Positions 8,123 through 18,770 of a stretch of DNA of 64,000 nucleotides are shown piece by piece. Position 1 is the first letter of the stretch. Each line of letters begins with the position of its first letter. The notes under the pieces were generated by a model. The model was not told the origin of the DNA. It saw only the letters and a program-made list of their open reading frames with translations, and made no database searches. The translations under genes were made by a program, and so were the position numbers. The DNA is from an uncultured Phycisphaerales bacterium (lineage in GTDB: Bacteria > Planctomycetota > Phycisphaerae > Tepidisphaerales > Tepidisphaeraceae), in contig CAVWLP010000002.1 in NCBI GenBank assembly GCA_963755915.1, forward strand, positions 1,664,001 through 1,728,000, given 5' to 3'.

Positions 8123-9625
8123 CTACATCGCGACAGTGACGGTTTTTACTTCGGTGTAATTTCGCAGGGCGTATTCGCCCAGTTCGCGGCCGATGCCGCT
8201 CATTTTGAAACCGCCGAAGGGGGCGGCGGCGTCGAAGACGTCGTAGCAGTTGATCCAGACGGTGCCGGCGCGGAGTTCGGCGGCCATGCGATGGGCTTTG
8301 GAGATGTCGCGGGTCCAGACGGCGGCGGCCAGGCCGTAGAAGGATTTGTTGCCACGCTGGATGACTTCGTCGATGTCTTTGAAGGGGATGATGGACATCA
8401 CCGGGCCGAAGATTTCCTCCTGGGCGATGGGCATTTCGTCTTTGACTTTGGTGAAGATGGTGGGCTCGATGAAATAGCCGAGTTTGCCGTGGCGCTGGCC
8501 ACCGGTGACGCACTGGGCGCCGCCGGAGCGGCCGGAGTCGATATAGCCCATGACCTTGTCGAATTGTTCCTGGCTGACCTGGGGGCCCTGCTCGGTGTGG
8601 GGGTCGAAGGGGTCGCCGACTTTTACCTGCTTGACCTTTTTGAGCATGCGCTGGACGAATTCGTCGTGGATTTTGGATTCGACGAAGAGTCGGCTGCCGG
8701 CGCAGCAGCACTGGCCTTGGTTGAAGAAGAGTGCCAAGTGGGAGCCTTCGACGGCGGCGTCGAGATCAGAATCGGCGAAGACGACGTTGGGGCTCTTGCC
8801 GCCGAGTTCGAGGGTGACGCGTTTGAGGTTGGAGCGAGCGGCGGCTTGCATGATGAGCTTGCCGACTTCGGTGCTGCCAGTGAAGGCGACTTTGTCGACG
8901 TCGGGATGTTCGGCGATGGCGGCGCCGGCAGTTTCACCGAAACCGGGGACGACGTTGATGACGCCGTTGGGAAAGCCGGCTTCCATGGCCAGGTCGGCGA
9001 CGCGAAGTGCGGAGAGGGGCGTTTGCTCGGCGGGCTTGAGGATGATGGTGCAGCCGGTGGCGAGGGCGGGGCCCCATTTCCAGGCTTGCATGAGGAGGGG
9101 GAAATTCCAGGGGATGATCTGGCCGACGACGCCGACGGGCTCGTGGCGGGTGTAGCAGAAATAGGGACCGTTGATGGGGATGGTTTTGCCTTCGATTTTG
9201 TCGGCCCAGCCGGCGTAGTAGCGGTAGCAGTCGATGACCAGCGGGAGGTCGGCGGCGCGGCTGTCGCGGATGGGCTTGCCGTTGTCGAGGGTTTCGAGGA
9301 GGGCGAGCTCTTCGAGATTGTCTTCGATGAGGTCGGCGAGCTTGTTGATGAGGCGTCCGCGCTGGCGGGCGTTCATCTTGCGCCAGGGGCCGGAGTCGAA
9401 AGCCTTGCGGGCGGCGCGGACGGCGAGATCGATATCGGCTTTTTCGCCCTCGGCGACGTTGGCGATGACTTTGCCGGTGGCGGGGTTGATGGTTTCGAAG
9501 GTTCGCCCGCTGACGGAGCCGACCCATTTGCCGTCGATCAGCATTTTGGTCTGGCGGATTTTGACGGGGGAGCCGTTCTTCTTGGAATCGTGGGCGTGGG
9601 ACGATTTGAGCGTGGCTGTGGACAT
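8123..9625 (-). CDS. NAD(P)-dependent aldehyde dehydrogenase (ALDH1/2-like)
   Basis: [23 protein letters not shown], catalytic [34 protein letters not shown] before MSTATL. Confidence 0.95.
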   Translation of the reverse strand: MSTATLKSSHAHDSKKNGSPVKIRQTKMLIDGKWVGSVSGRTFETINPATGKVIANVAEGEKADIDLAVRAARKAFDSGPWRKMNARQRGRLINKLADLIEDNLEELALLETLDNGKPIRDSRAADLPLVIDCYRYYAGWADKIEGKTIPINGPYFCYTRHEPVGVVGQIIPWNFPLLMQAWKWGPALATGCTIILKPAEQTPLSALRVADLAMEAGFPNGVINVVPGFGETAGAAIAEHPDVDKVAFTGSTEVGKLIMQAAARSNLKRVTLELGGKSPNVVFADSDLDAAVEGSHLALFFNQGQCCCAGSRLFVESKIHDEFVQRMLKKVKQVKVGDPFDPHTEQGPQVSQEQFDKVMGYIDSGRSGGAQCVTGGQRHGKLGYFIEPTIFTKVKDEMPIAQEEIFGPVMSIIPFKDIDEVIQRGNKSFYGLAAAVWTRDISKAHRMAAELRAGTVWINCYDVFDAAAPFGGFKMSGIGRELGEYALRNYTEVKTVTVAM

Positions 9626-9972
9626 GGAGACCTCCGCGAAAAGGTTGGATGAGACGGGGATGGTGTCGCGGGGAGCGACATTGTTATCTCTATTGTATGC
9701 GCGGGAGGGGAGGGGGAGAAAGGCGGAGATGCGATTTCCCGACAAAAATCGGAAGCGACCTCGGGTACGGCAAGCGCCGTTTGCCAGCCCTATTCGCGAC
9801 CGAGCTTCAGGGCAACGGGAAGACCCGGGGCCAGACATGAGCGACATGCTTAGAACTCGCAACTGCATTTTTGAATGCCCTTCGTGGATTGCCGTTCAAA
9901 ATGGCCGAAGGCTTGGTATTGTTATGCTGTGAGGGCTGCCAGATTCCAGGCGATAATGCAGATGGCGGAAGC

Positions 9973-11589
9973 ATGACCACGACACGTCTCGGTTGGGTTT
10001 TTATCGCCGGGTTTCTGACATGCATCGCGCTCGGTTTACCCGCAGCATCACAGGGTGCGCCCGAAAATACGTCCAACGGTAACTTCACCGTCGGCCAATG
10101 GGGCATGTACGAAATCGCCCTCCACGGCCCCGCCGGCGGCAACCCGTTCGACGATGTCTCCCTCTTCGCTTCATTCACCTCCGGCTCCAAGACGATCGAC
10201 GCAAACGGCTTTTACGACGGCGACGGCACCTACCGCATCCGCTTCATGCCGATGACACAGGGATCATGGTCGTACGAAACTCACAGCAACATCCCCGCCC
10301 TGGCCGGAAAAACCGGCCATTTCTCCTGCGGCCCGCCCGATCCGGCAAACCATGGCCCCGTTGGCGTCACCAACCATTTTCATTTTGTCTATGCCGACGG
10401 CACCCCCTATTTCGAATGCGGCACTACCGCCTACGAGTGGACCAGCCAGCCCACCACGCGCGAATCCCAAACGCTGCAAACCCTGCGGAACTCTCCCTTC
10501 AACAAAGTGCGCATGTGCGTCTTCCCGTCGGAATTTAAGCCGGACAATATTCCGGCCCGCTGGCCCTTTGAGCCGGCCGATCCAAAATCGGATTACACAA
10601 AATTCAGCACCGACAAGAAGCAGTGGAATTTTGCGCATATCAATCCCGCCTATTTTCGGAACTTTGAGCGGCAGGTTCAGAGCCTTGCCGACGAAGGAAT
10701 TGAAGCCGATGTGATTCTTTTTCACCCCTATGCCAAGACGCTCGGCTTCGCGACGATGCCCGCCGATGCCGACGACCGATACCTACATTATGTCATCGCG
10801 AGACTGGCCGCATATCACAATGTCTGGTGGTCGGCGGCTAACGAATATGACCATCTCCACGCGAAGACAACGGCGGATTGGGATCGTTTCTTTCAGATCA
10901 TCGTCAAAGATGATCCCTACGGACACCTGCGCAGCATTCAACAGGACCGCATCGTTTACAACAAACCCTGGATGACGCACGCCTCCATTCAGGGAACCCC
11001 GCAGCAAAGCGCGGCGAAGAATCGCCGACTATACAACATGCCGATCGTGTTCGATGAGATCAAGTACGAAGGGGACATTCCCCCAGCCTGGGGCCACCTG
11101 CCGGCGGAAGACATGGTGGATCGATTCTGGACCGCCACGGTCCTCGGCGTCTATGCCGGCCACGGCGAGACATTCATGAAAAATGGGTGGACCGGCGTCG
11201 GGGGCGTGCTCATCGGGAAAAGCCCGGCACGACTCGCGTTCTATCGCCAGATCATGCAGAGCAGCCCGCCGGAGGGAATCGAACCGATCGATGAGAGCGA
11301 CGAAGCCACCGTCGGCGGTAAAATCGGCGCGTTTTATTTCGTCTACTTCGGGCGCCATCAACCCCCGAAAAATTGGGTCCTCAAGTTACCCGCCAGGGGC
11401 CTGACGCCCGGCACACAATTGCACGTCGATGTCATCGATACCTGGAACATGACGATAGCGCCGGTGAATCAGGTCTTCACCATGAGCAGCTTAATGGGCA
11501 ATGATCTCACGGCAGAAAATAACACGATCGTTTCGATGCCGAATCAACCTGCGATTTTGCTCCGCGTAACAAAAGTTTCATCGAAGTAA
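9973..11589 (+). CDS. Secreted DUF5060/DUF4038/DUF5605-type (apiosidase-like) putative glycoside hydrolase
   Basis: Signal peptide; GNPFDDV..GFYDGDGTYRIRFMP, HFVYADGTPY..GTTAY, PFNKVRMCVFP, WWSAANEYD, DEIKYEG, YAGHGET, DTWNMT. Confidence 0.85.
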   Translation: MTTTRLGWVFIAGFLTCIALGLPAASQGAPENTSNGNFTVGQWGMYEIALHGPAGGNPFDDVSLFASFTSGSKTIDANGFYDGDGTYRIRFMPMTQGSWSYETHSNIPALAGKTGHFSCGPPDPANHGPVGVTNHFHFVYADGTPYFECGTTAYEWTSQPTTRESQTLQTLRNSPFNKVRMCVFPSEFKPDNIPARWPFEPADPKSDYTKFSTDKKQWNFAHINPAYFRNFERQVQSLADEGIEADVILFHPYAKTLGFATMPADADDRYLHYVIARLAAYHNVWWSAANEYDHLHAKTTADWDRFFQIIVKDDPYGHLRSIQQDRIVYNKPWMTHASIQGTPQQSAAKNRRLYNMPIVFDEIKYEGDIPPAWGHLPAEDMVDRFWTATVLGVYAGHGETFMKNGWTGVGGVLIGKSPARLAFYRQIMQSSPPEGIEPIDESDEATVGGKIGAFYFVYFGRHQPPKNWVLKLPARGLTPGTQLHVDVIDTWNMTIAPVNQVFTMSSLMGNDLTAENNTIVSMPNQPAILLRVTKVSSK

Positions 11590-11629
11590 TGGTTTAGTAT
11601 GCCTAGAGTTTTCTGAAAGAATTGCTTAT

Positions 11630-12022
11630 TTATCGTCCGTGGGTCAATGCGGCGGTCAAAACGGCTACGGCAATATCTCGGCCAGTCTTTCCTAGCTCTT
11701 TGAGCGATGCGACGGTTATCTTTCGAGCAATCCCAGGTTGAGCTTCAAGCTCCCGCATAAAATTCTCTCCCTTGCCGGTCAGCCAGACGCCAATGATTCG
11801 ATGCTTTTGTCCCGTCTGCATCGTCGAAACATCTATCGTCTTAATCCCAGCTAGATCGTGTTCAACGAGATAGCTGATGTGCTTTACGAAATTTGGATCG
11901 TCCAATTTAAGGGCTTGCATAATCTCCTTTGGCTCAAATCGGCCGTGTTCGCCAAATGCTTTCGCGCACTCGTGGAGATAAGCGAGGATACTCAATTCAT
12001 CGTCATTGATGTTGGCGTTCAT
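11630..12022 (-). CDS. Hypothetical protein, possibly winged-helix
   Basis: ELSILAYL..HISYLVEHDL..WLTGKGENF pattern; its start overlaps (ATGA) the stop of the upstream IS-disrupted gene; low GC. Confidence 0.6.
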   Translation of the reverse strand: MNANINDDELSILAYLHECAKAFGEHGRFEPKEIMQALKLDDPNFVKHISYLVEHDLAGIKTIDVSTMQTGQKHRIIGVWLTGKGENFMRELEAQPGIARKITVASLKELGKTGRDIAVAVLTAALTHGR

Positions 12023-12448
12023 TTGAAACCGTAAAACAATTTGATGCTCTTTAAGACGATTGCGATCGGGGCGCGAAACATGCTGGAGACCATGTTCAGC
12101 CAAAATTCATGGCCATCAAATCTCGTCGGATTCGTCAAATGCAGGCTTGCCGCCTCAAGGGCTATAAAAATTATTGAGCCGTGTTCTCGTTTACGAGCTA
12201 GATTTGAAAGAGCAATCTCAGCCAAATCTGCGTTCTCAAAACAAAGTTCGATCAAGGCTCCGCGAGTATTACGAGCGGCAATTTGAAGCTTACCCTTGTC
12301 CCTTAGCCCGCGCGAATAATCTCGGTATTTGTTCCCCGTCTTGTCTCTTGGAAAAAGTAAATGTTTGAGTTCACGGACACGTTCGCCGCATTCCGTTGCG
12401 GTATACACCGAAGTGACCTTCCCCACGTTCGGTGGCGCGGCCAAATCG

Positions 12449-13309
12449 TCAGTTCAGGCTGGCCTCGAACGCTTCGGGGCTTTGGTAGCCTATCGCCGAG
12501 TGACGTCTCTGGCGATTGTAAAACACTTCAATGTACTCAAAGATCGAACGCCGAGCCTCCGCTTGCGTTGCGTAGTGCTCGTGATAAATGAGCTCCGTCT
12601 TCAGCGTGCTGAAAAAGCTCTCCATCACCGCGTTGTCGTAGCAATTGCCGGTGCGGCTCATGCTCCGCTCCATCCCATGCTCCGCCAGCATCTGTCGATA
12701 AGTCTCGCAGGCGTATTGGACACCGCGATCGGAGTGGTGCAGCAAACCTCGCTCCGGTCGGCGATGTGTCAGCGCCATCGATATCGCTTCCAGACACAGC
12801 TCACTTCGCAGATGATCGGCCATCGACCAGCCGACTATTTTCCGACTGCACAGGTCGATCACGGCCGCCAGGTATAGGAATCCTTCATCCGTCGGAACGT
12901 AGGTGATGTCGCAGCACCACTTGCGGTTGGGCGCCTCAGTTGCGAACTGGCGGTCCAGCACATTGGCCGCGACCGGCTCATCGTGATTCGAATCGGTGGT
13001 ATGGACGACGAATCGCCGGCGAATCCGCGATTGCAATCCGGCCTGTTTCATCAGACGCGCCACCGTGTTCACGCAGACGCTCACCTGCCGATCCGCCAGC
13101 TCCGCGTGCACCCGCGGGCTGCCGTAGGTATAGCGACTCTCCTCATGAACCTCGCGGATCTTCTCAGTCAGCTCTTCCCGGCGCTTGTGCCGCGGGCTGG
13201 CTGGACGTTTCAGCCAGGCGTAATACCCGCTGCGGCTGACTTCCAGCGCATCGCACAATGCGGCCAGATCGAACGGGTCCCAATGTTCTTTGATCCAGGC
13301 GAATCTCAT
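12449..13309 (-). CDS. IS3 transposase OrfB (DDE/rve)
   Basis: WCCDITY, HHSDRGVQY, GNCYDNAVMESFFSTLKTE, YNRQRRHSAIGYQSP. Confidence 0.97.
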   Translation of the reverse strand: MRFAWIKEHWDPFDLAALCDALEVSRSGYYAWLKRPASPRHKRREELTEKIREVHEESRYTYGSPRVHAELADRQVSVCVNTVARLMKQAGLQSRIRRRFVVHTTDSNHDEPVAANVLDRQFATEAPNRKWCCDITYVPTDEGFLYLAAVIDLCSRKIVGWSMADHLRSELCLEAISMALTHRRPERGLLHHSDRGVQYACETYRQMLAEHGMERSMSRTGNCYDNAVMESFFSTLKTELIYHEHYATQAEARRSIFEYIEVFYNRQRRHSAIGYQSPEAFEASLN

Positions 13310-13608
13310 GGGTTCTGGCTGGCGAAGTAGGCCGTCGCTTTTTTTAAAATCTCCTTCTCGGTTTCGACCCGCCGCAATTGCTTTTGCAACTCGCGGATGC
13401 GGGCCTTGAGCAGCGTCGGATCGTTGGTGTCTGGAAACGCGGGCTCCTCAGCCGCGGGCTTGATCAGTCCACGTTTTTTCATCCAGTGATGCACGATGTG
13501 CACCGGAAGGCCCAGTTCCTGGGCCGCTTTCCTTTGTGTGTAGCCTTGATCGGTGACGAGTTTGCAGGCTTCGTCCTGAAACTCCCTGGAATAATGTTTG
13601 CGTCCCAT
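13306..13608 (-). CDS. IS3 transposase OrfA (HTH plus leucine zipper)
   Basis: YSREFQDEACKLV..AAQELG..ELQKQLRRVETEKEILKKATAYF. Confidence 0.95.
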   Translation of the reverse strand: MGRKHYSREFQDEACKLVTDQGYTQRKAAQELGLPVHIVHHWMKKRGLIKPAAEEPAFPDTNDPTLLKARIRELQKQLRRVETEKEILKKATAYFASQNP

Positions 13609-13812
13609 GGCAATTCGCTCCTTCAGCCGGATTATCCGGCTTCAGGCCGCGCCCACCAAACGTGGGGAAGGTCAAAGCAATGGCTGACATTGAACCTCCC
13701 TATTCTATGGGATGTTACCAGAATAGCTGGTACGAAAAAAAATGTACGGGATTTTCTCCGAGGCGCGTTCCGTTTGAGGGATATCCAGGCTAGAAAAGGA
13801 ACTAAGCGCTGA

Positions 13813-14511
13813 CTAACGCGCCGATTTTGAACAGGGCGTTACGAGACAACCGGTTAATTTCCCAAATTCTTTAATAAAGCTATCGGTAAACTGGCTCATC
13901 ACGGGAACCCAAACGAGTTGTGGTACTCTATTCGAGGTCGGAGCTGCGAGCCGTTGAAGCTGGGTAATTACTCCGATCAGATATCCATTGGAAGTAAATA
14001 CCGGGCTGCCGCTAAAACCTTCCTCGGCGAATCCTGCCGAGAGCGCCCAGTGATATTTCTTCGTTGTAAATGAGATACTCGCGTTGGCAAAGAATGACCG
14101 ACTGCTGTTCTGTTCGAGAAATATAGTACCAAAGTAACCAATGTTTAGACCCCAACTAACTCTTGAACCTCCAAGGTTCGGGAACTGTATCGCCGCTTCC
14201 GCGTTCGCAACATCATCAATTTGTTCGCTGAATTTCAGTACCGAAATATCGAGCTCATTGGAGCTGTAAATCTCCTCGCAAATCCAGCGCCCTCGATCAT
14301 TGACAACCGCTGGTATAGCAACGCTGGCAACATGCTTCGCGGTAATCACTAGATCATGCCCAATCTGACATCCGATTCCCGCGGTAAGGATTTTGTCGTT
14401 CGCTCGTTTGTCGCCTATCACACAAATATAAGGGTGAATTGCATCACAGGCGTCTTGAAACATGCATTGATTATCGGCATACCGGCAAAACTGGCATAAG
14501 CCGATATCCAT
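13813..14511 (-). CDS. Trypsin-like (S1) serine protease, no signal peptide
   Basis: Catalytic triad motifs ITAKHVA, ELDISVL, GFSGSPVF..G.LIGVI; low GC. Confidence 0.8.
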   Translation of the reverse strand: MDIGLCQFCRYADNQCMFQDACDAIHPYICVIGDKRANDKILTAGIGCQIGHDLVITAKHVASVAIPAVVNDRGRWICEEIYSSNELDISVLKFSEQIDDVANAEAAIQFPNLGGSRVSWGLNIGYFGTIFLEQNSSRSFFANASISFTTKKYHWALSAGFAEEGFSGSPVFTSNGYLIGVITQLQRLAAPTSNRVPQLVWVPVMSQFTDSFIKEFGKLTGCLVTPCSKSAR

Positions 14512-14857
14512 CTAAAAGCCCAGGTTAAGCTGCATCAAACCATCAACCGGATTGTCTTGCCGATCTAAACTTTCCAGAAGTCAGCCCATCTTTTTTGACG
14601 TAGTCTTATGAATTCCAAAACTCCAGGTGGTTCAGATATTAAGCATGGAAATGCCTTGCGATTGATATCTGGAGTCGAATCGAGCCAGCGGGATTTCAAG
14701 GTCAATCCCCCGGCTCAGCGAGAATCCCTGATCGCCCGCGCCACGGATCGGCGTTTTCTGCAAGGCTACAATCGCATACACGATATGTCAATCGCCCCCA
14801 AAAAGAGCGATTTTGGCTTACCTGGATCACCCAAACCATCCAGTTTGTTGCGGAGTG

Positions 14858-17608
14858 TCAAGTTTTGTATTGGAGTCCCCGCCGGCGAATCATCAGCAAA
14901 CTCCCGGCGCATGCGAGCGCTGCCAGAGAAGTCGGCTCCGGCACATCCGCCATCAAACCGTTCACCGCCGCAAATGCGTCCAGGGCGACAAAATCGGCGG
15001 GGGTGACGTCAACCGCGGCGCCGCTGTCGCCCTGGCCGAAGTTCGCGGCGAGGGCGCTGAAATCAGAGCCATTGACGGAGGAGCCAAAGAGGAAATTTCC
15101 CTGGTCCCAGTTGGTGGCGCCGGTGCCGAAGTTGGCGGCGAGGATGCTGAAGTCACTGCCGTTGACAGTGCCGTCGAGATTGGCGTCACCAAGCAATGTG
15201 TATTTCAGTTCGATTTGGCCGGAGGAGAGATTGCTGACAACGCCGTCGTTTCCGTCGGCGAAGCCGACGCCGTAATTGAGGCCGTTGGTGGGAGACTGCG
15301 CCGTGGAGGAGATGATGCCGGGGCCATTCCATGAGCCGTTGTTGAAGCCAGATTTTAAATAACCGTAGATCGTGCTCATCGGATCGCTGGCGGCGTAGGT
15401 GATGAAGATGTGGTTGTTTGTGATGTCGAAGACGCCGTTGCCGGTGATGGAGAGGGGGCCTTCCGCGAAAGCGGTGGGGGATTTGATTTGGAGCAGGCCG
15501 GCAGTGACGGTGGTTCCACCAGTGTAGGAATTTGCGCCGCCGAGGATGAGGGTTCCGGGTCCGGATTTTGTGAGGGATCCGCCCAGGCCGCCGGCGATGC
15601 CGCCATCGACGAGATCGCCGTTGAATGTGGTGGCGCCGGAGATGTTTACGGTGAGGGTGTTTGCGCCGAGGTGGACGGTGCCGGTCGTATCGCCGCTGAG
15701 GGAGGCAATGGTTTGGTTGCCGGATTGGGAGATGTCGAGATTGGGGGAGCCGACGGTGACGAAGTTGGTGTTGGAGGAGCTGTATGGGGCGGCGACCAGC
15801 GCGGAGCGGGCGGAACTCGTGAGGGTTTGAAGGGTGACGCCGGAGGAAGAGGCGAGGGATGCGCCCGAGGCGAGGGCGAGGGTTCCACCGTCGATCGTGG
15901 TTGCGCCTGTGTAGGAGATATTGGGGCCGAGGGTGGTGGTGTCGGCGCCGGTTTGGATGAGTTGTCCTGAGCCGCTGAGATTGGAGAGGAGCGTGGGTTT
16001 GACGTTGTCGACGATGATGGTGCCGTTGTTGACGGTCTGGCAGGCGGTGGTGCCGGTGGAAGTGGAGGAGTGGCCCAATTCACCGGTGGTGTCGGTGACG
16101 GAGACGGTTTGGCCGGACTGCATGATGTCGCCATCGCCGGCGGAGGTTTGGTAGGAGATTTCACCGGAGGTGGTTTGGGTGTCGCCGGTGGTTCCGTCGC
16201 CAAGCTGGAGGGTTGCGGCGGAGTCGATCTGGGTGACGCCGTCGTAATACTGCTGCTGGGTGACGACGATGTGTCCCTGGTGAAATAGGACCGTGCCCGT
16301 TCCGGCAGAGGCGAGCGATTCCTGCGTATCGGAGTTCCCACTCGGTCCGCCGGCGATGATGGTGTTGACGTAGGTGGGGCCGGAGTTGCTGTAGTCGAGT
16401 GAGAGGATGCTGTCTTGTTCGAGGGAGATGTAGGTGGTGAGGGGGTTGCCGGGGAGGAAGAAGTTGGTGGAGGTTCCGTTGCCGAGCTGGAGGACTGCGC
16501 CGGCGGGATTGGAGCTGCCGGTTCCGGCGCTGATGCCGATGTTGAGCCCGCGGCGGTTGTCGATGACGCCGAGCTCGTTGGTAAAATTGTCCTGGGGATT
16601 GGAGAGGGTGGGGTCCATCTGGGCGGCGGGGTCGTTGCCGTTGTTAGAGTTGTCGGTGTAGGTGTTGACGCCGGCGAGGACGACGAGGCCTCCGAAGCCG
16701 TCGATGTTGATGTCGTTGCCGAAATGGTTTTCGTAGATGTTCTGGGTGATGGTCATCGTTTCGTTGGCGGGCGTGTTGTAAGGCGTGTCGAGGATGAAGG
16801 TGCCGTTGTTGAAGATGGTGCTGGCGTCGGGGACGGAGCCGATGATGTGATCGGAGCCGAGGATGCCGGTCATGTTGTTTTCGATGAGGAGGGGTCCGGA
16901 GAAGGTGTTGGCGTTGTAGAGCTGGAGGATGCCGGCCTGGATGACGACAGCACCGCTGCCGGAGATTTGCCCATCGACCTGGGTGGTGGCGAAGGAGTTG
17001 CTGCCCTGGTAGGTGAGGGTTCCGTTGTCCTCGATGTTGTCGAGGTTCATGCCGGAGGAGTTGGGGTTGGTGACGTTTCCGAGGGTGACGGTTCCGCTGC
17101 CGGTGTGGAGGTTGGTGTTGGTTCCGAGCTGGACGTCGACGCCGGAGTCGATGATGAGGGCGGGCGCGTCGGGCTGTCCGGAGGTGCCGTCGTTGAGGGT
17201 GTAGATCGGGCCGTTGAATCCGCCGGTGTCGGTACCGTCGGGCGGGGAGATTAGCGTGGTGTATCCCTCGTAACTGTAGAATTGCTTGTTATTACTATTG
17301 ACGAAAAATTCGCTGACGGTTTCGGTGACGGTGGGGAGGGTATAGGTGTTGATGTTGTTGAGGGTGAGGGTGCCGTTGCCTTCGGCTTCGAGGGTTCCGT
17401 CGCCGGACATGACGCCGGTATAGGTGATGGGGGAGCTGGAGGCGGTGGTGACGGTGTAGCTGCCGCCGGTCATGGAGTAGTTGGAGTTGGCCTGGAGGGT
17501 GGCGGTGATGTTTTGGGCGAAGGCAGCGGCGGGGCAGGCGGCAAGCAGGAGAATCGACCTGGGGACTCGGCGATTACGGATGGTGCCGATTCGACGTCGC
17601 GATTTCAT
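14858..17608 (-). CDS. Secreted PEP-CTERM protein with autotransporter-associated beta-strand repeats and dockerin-like C-terminal module
   Basis: Signal peptide (AAFAQ); repeats LTKSGPGTLILGGANSYTGGTTVTAG; GDANLDGTVNGSDF twice; VPEPTSLAALACAGSLLMIRRR. Confidence 0.9.
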   Translation of the reverse strand: MKSRRRIGTIRNRRVPRSILLLAACPAAAFAQNITATLQANSNYSMTGGSYTVTTASSSPITYTGVMSGDGTLEAEGNGTLTLNNINTYTLPTVTETVSEFFVNSNNKQFYSYEGYTTLISPPDGTDTGGFNGPIYTLNDGTSGQPDAPALIIDSGVDVQLGTNTNLHTGSGTVTLGNVTNPNSSGMNLDNIEDNGTLTYQGSNSFATTQVDGQISGSGAVVIQAGILQLYNANTFSGPLLIENNMTGILGSDHIIGSVPDASTIFNNGTFILDTPYNTPANETMTITQNIYENHFGNDINIDGFGGLVVLAGVNTYTDNSNNGNDPAAQMDPTLSNPQDNFTNELGVIDNRRGLNIGISAGTGSSNPAGAVLQLGNGTSTNFFLPGNPLTTYISLEQDSILSLDYSNSGPTYVNTIIAGGPSGNSDTQESLASAGTGTVLFHQGHIVVTQQQYYDGVTQIDSAATLQLGDGTTGDTQTTSGEISYQTSAGDGDIMQSGQTVSVTDTTGELGHSSTSTGTTACQTVNNGTIIVDNVKPTLLSNLSGSGQLIQTGADTTTLGPNISYTGATTIDGGTLALASGASLASSSGVTLQTLTSSARSALVAAPYSSSNTNFVTVGSPNLDISQSGNQTIASLSGDTTGTVHLGANTLTVNISGATTFNGDLVDGGIAGGLGGSLTKSGPGTLILGGANSYTGGTTVTAGLLQIKSPTAFAEGPLSITGNGVFDITNNHIFITYAASDPMSTIYGYLKSGFNNGSWNGPGIISSTAQSPTNGLNYGVGFADGNDGVVSNLSSGQIELKYTLLGDANLDGTVNGSDFSILAANFGTGATNWDQGNFLFGSSVNGSDFSALAANFGQGDSGAAVDVTPADFVALDAFAAVNGLMADVPEPTSLAALACAGSLLMIRRRGLQYKT

Positions 17609-17644
17609 CCCGTCCTCCTCAGTCTCCGCCGACTGAAACAAATA

Positions 17645-18709
17645 TTACGTCGCAGCAATGACCCGCCTCGCCTGCTTCGCCGCCGGCCCGGTGGTAACTG
17701 TGATCGGCCGGTGGCAGGAGTATTGAGCCAATTCAGGGGTTACCGCCCAGCGTAGCGGTTCATTTCGCACAAATCGCTCGAGCTCTTCGACCATAAACCG
17801 CCCCATGCGGCGGCATTCGTCGCCCACGGACCCGGCAATGTGCGGCGTTAGTACGACGTTGGGAAGCTCGAAGAGCGGCGAGCGCGGATCGATCGGCTCG
17901 GCTTCGGTGACGTCCAGAACCGCCTGGAGATCGGGCCGCGCTTCGAGCGCTTCGTACATCTCCTTCTCACGAACGACGGCGCCGCGCGCCGTGTTGATGA
18001 AGGTCGCGCCGCCCTTCAAGCGGCTAAAGTGGGGCGCTCCGATCATCCCGATGGTTTCGGAAAGCTGTGGTGTGTGGAGGGAGACGACGTCGGCGCGGTC
18101 GAAGATTTCGTCGAGGGAAACAAGTTTCACACCCAGCATTCGCGCCGTTTCGGGCGAGACGTAAGGGTCATACGCCAGAATGTTCAGGTCGAATGATCGA
18201 AGCAATTCCGCCAGGGTTCGGGCGATGACGCCCAGCGAGATCAGTCCGACGGTGCTTCGATAGCACCCGAAGGCGGTGTTTCGGTCTGGGGCGTGGGGGA
18301 AATTGCGCAGCTCGCGCATCATCCGCCAGCCGTGCTTGAGGGAGAAGAGGATCATGGCAAGCGTGTACTCGGCGACGGGGATGGCGTTGGCCGCGTAGGC
18401 GCTGGTGACGATCACGCCGCGGTTCCACGCCGCGTCGGTCACAAAATTTCCGGTAGAGCCGGCCGCATAGAAGACGACCCGAAGCTGCGGCGCCGCGGCG
18501 AGGAACCGCTCGTCCAGCACCGGGGCCTTCCAGCCGGAGAAGATGACCTGAACGCTGGAAAGCAGGTCCATCCGCTGCGCGATGGAGTGAACGGTCTGTG
18601 GCGGGGCGACGAAGTCGACGTAGCGGGCGATTGTGTGCCGCTCGTCGGGTCCGTACGCCATCTCATAGGCCTCTTCGTCGAGGATGAAGAGGCCGCGCAG
18701 CTTTTCCAT
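17645..18709 (-). CDS. D-isomer-specific 2-hydroxyacid dehydrogenase
   Basis: NAIPVAEY, VGLISLGVIA, YDPY, DVVSLHTP, FINTARG, LDVTEAEP, TPHIAGS. Confidence 0.92.
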   Translation of the reverse strand: MEKLRGLFILDEEAYEMAYGPDERHTIARYVDFVAPPQTVHSIAQRMDLLSSVQVIFSGWKAPVLDERFLAAAPQLRVVFYAAGSTGNFVTDAAWNRGVIVTSAYAANAIPVAEYTLAMILFSLKHGWRMMRELRNFPHAPDRNTAFGCYRSTVGLISLGVIARTLAELLRSFDLNILAYDPYVSPETARMLGVKLVSLDEIFDRADVVSLHTPQLSETIGMIGAPHFSRLKGGATFINTARGAVVREKEMYEALEARPDLQAVLDVTEAEPIDPRSPLFELPNVVLTPHIAGSVGDECRRMGRFMVEELERFVRNEPLRWAVTPELAQYSCHRPITVTTGPAAKQARRVIAAT

Positions 18710-18770
18710 AACTACCTCAGTCGGGCCAGGCGGCGGACGGGGTGTACGACGCCTGTCCTTGAACAGCAGT

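Larger units (their letters stand above)
12414..13674 (-). mobile_element. IS3-family insertion sequence (1261 bp)
   Basis: Terminal IRs TGACCTTCCCCACGTT(C/T)GGTGG; 3-bp target duplication AAG (12411-12413 and 13675-13677); orfA plus orfB; A7G slippery run near 13338-13345. Confidence 0.97.
12019..13690 (-). pseudogene. 135-aa hypothetical gene split by an IS3 insertion after codon 5
   Basis: Removing the IS and one AAG copy gives GGAGG-ttca-ATG then MSAIASVYTATECGERVRELKHLLF...FYGFK*, one continuous frame. Confidence 0.8.
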
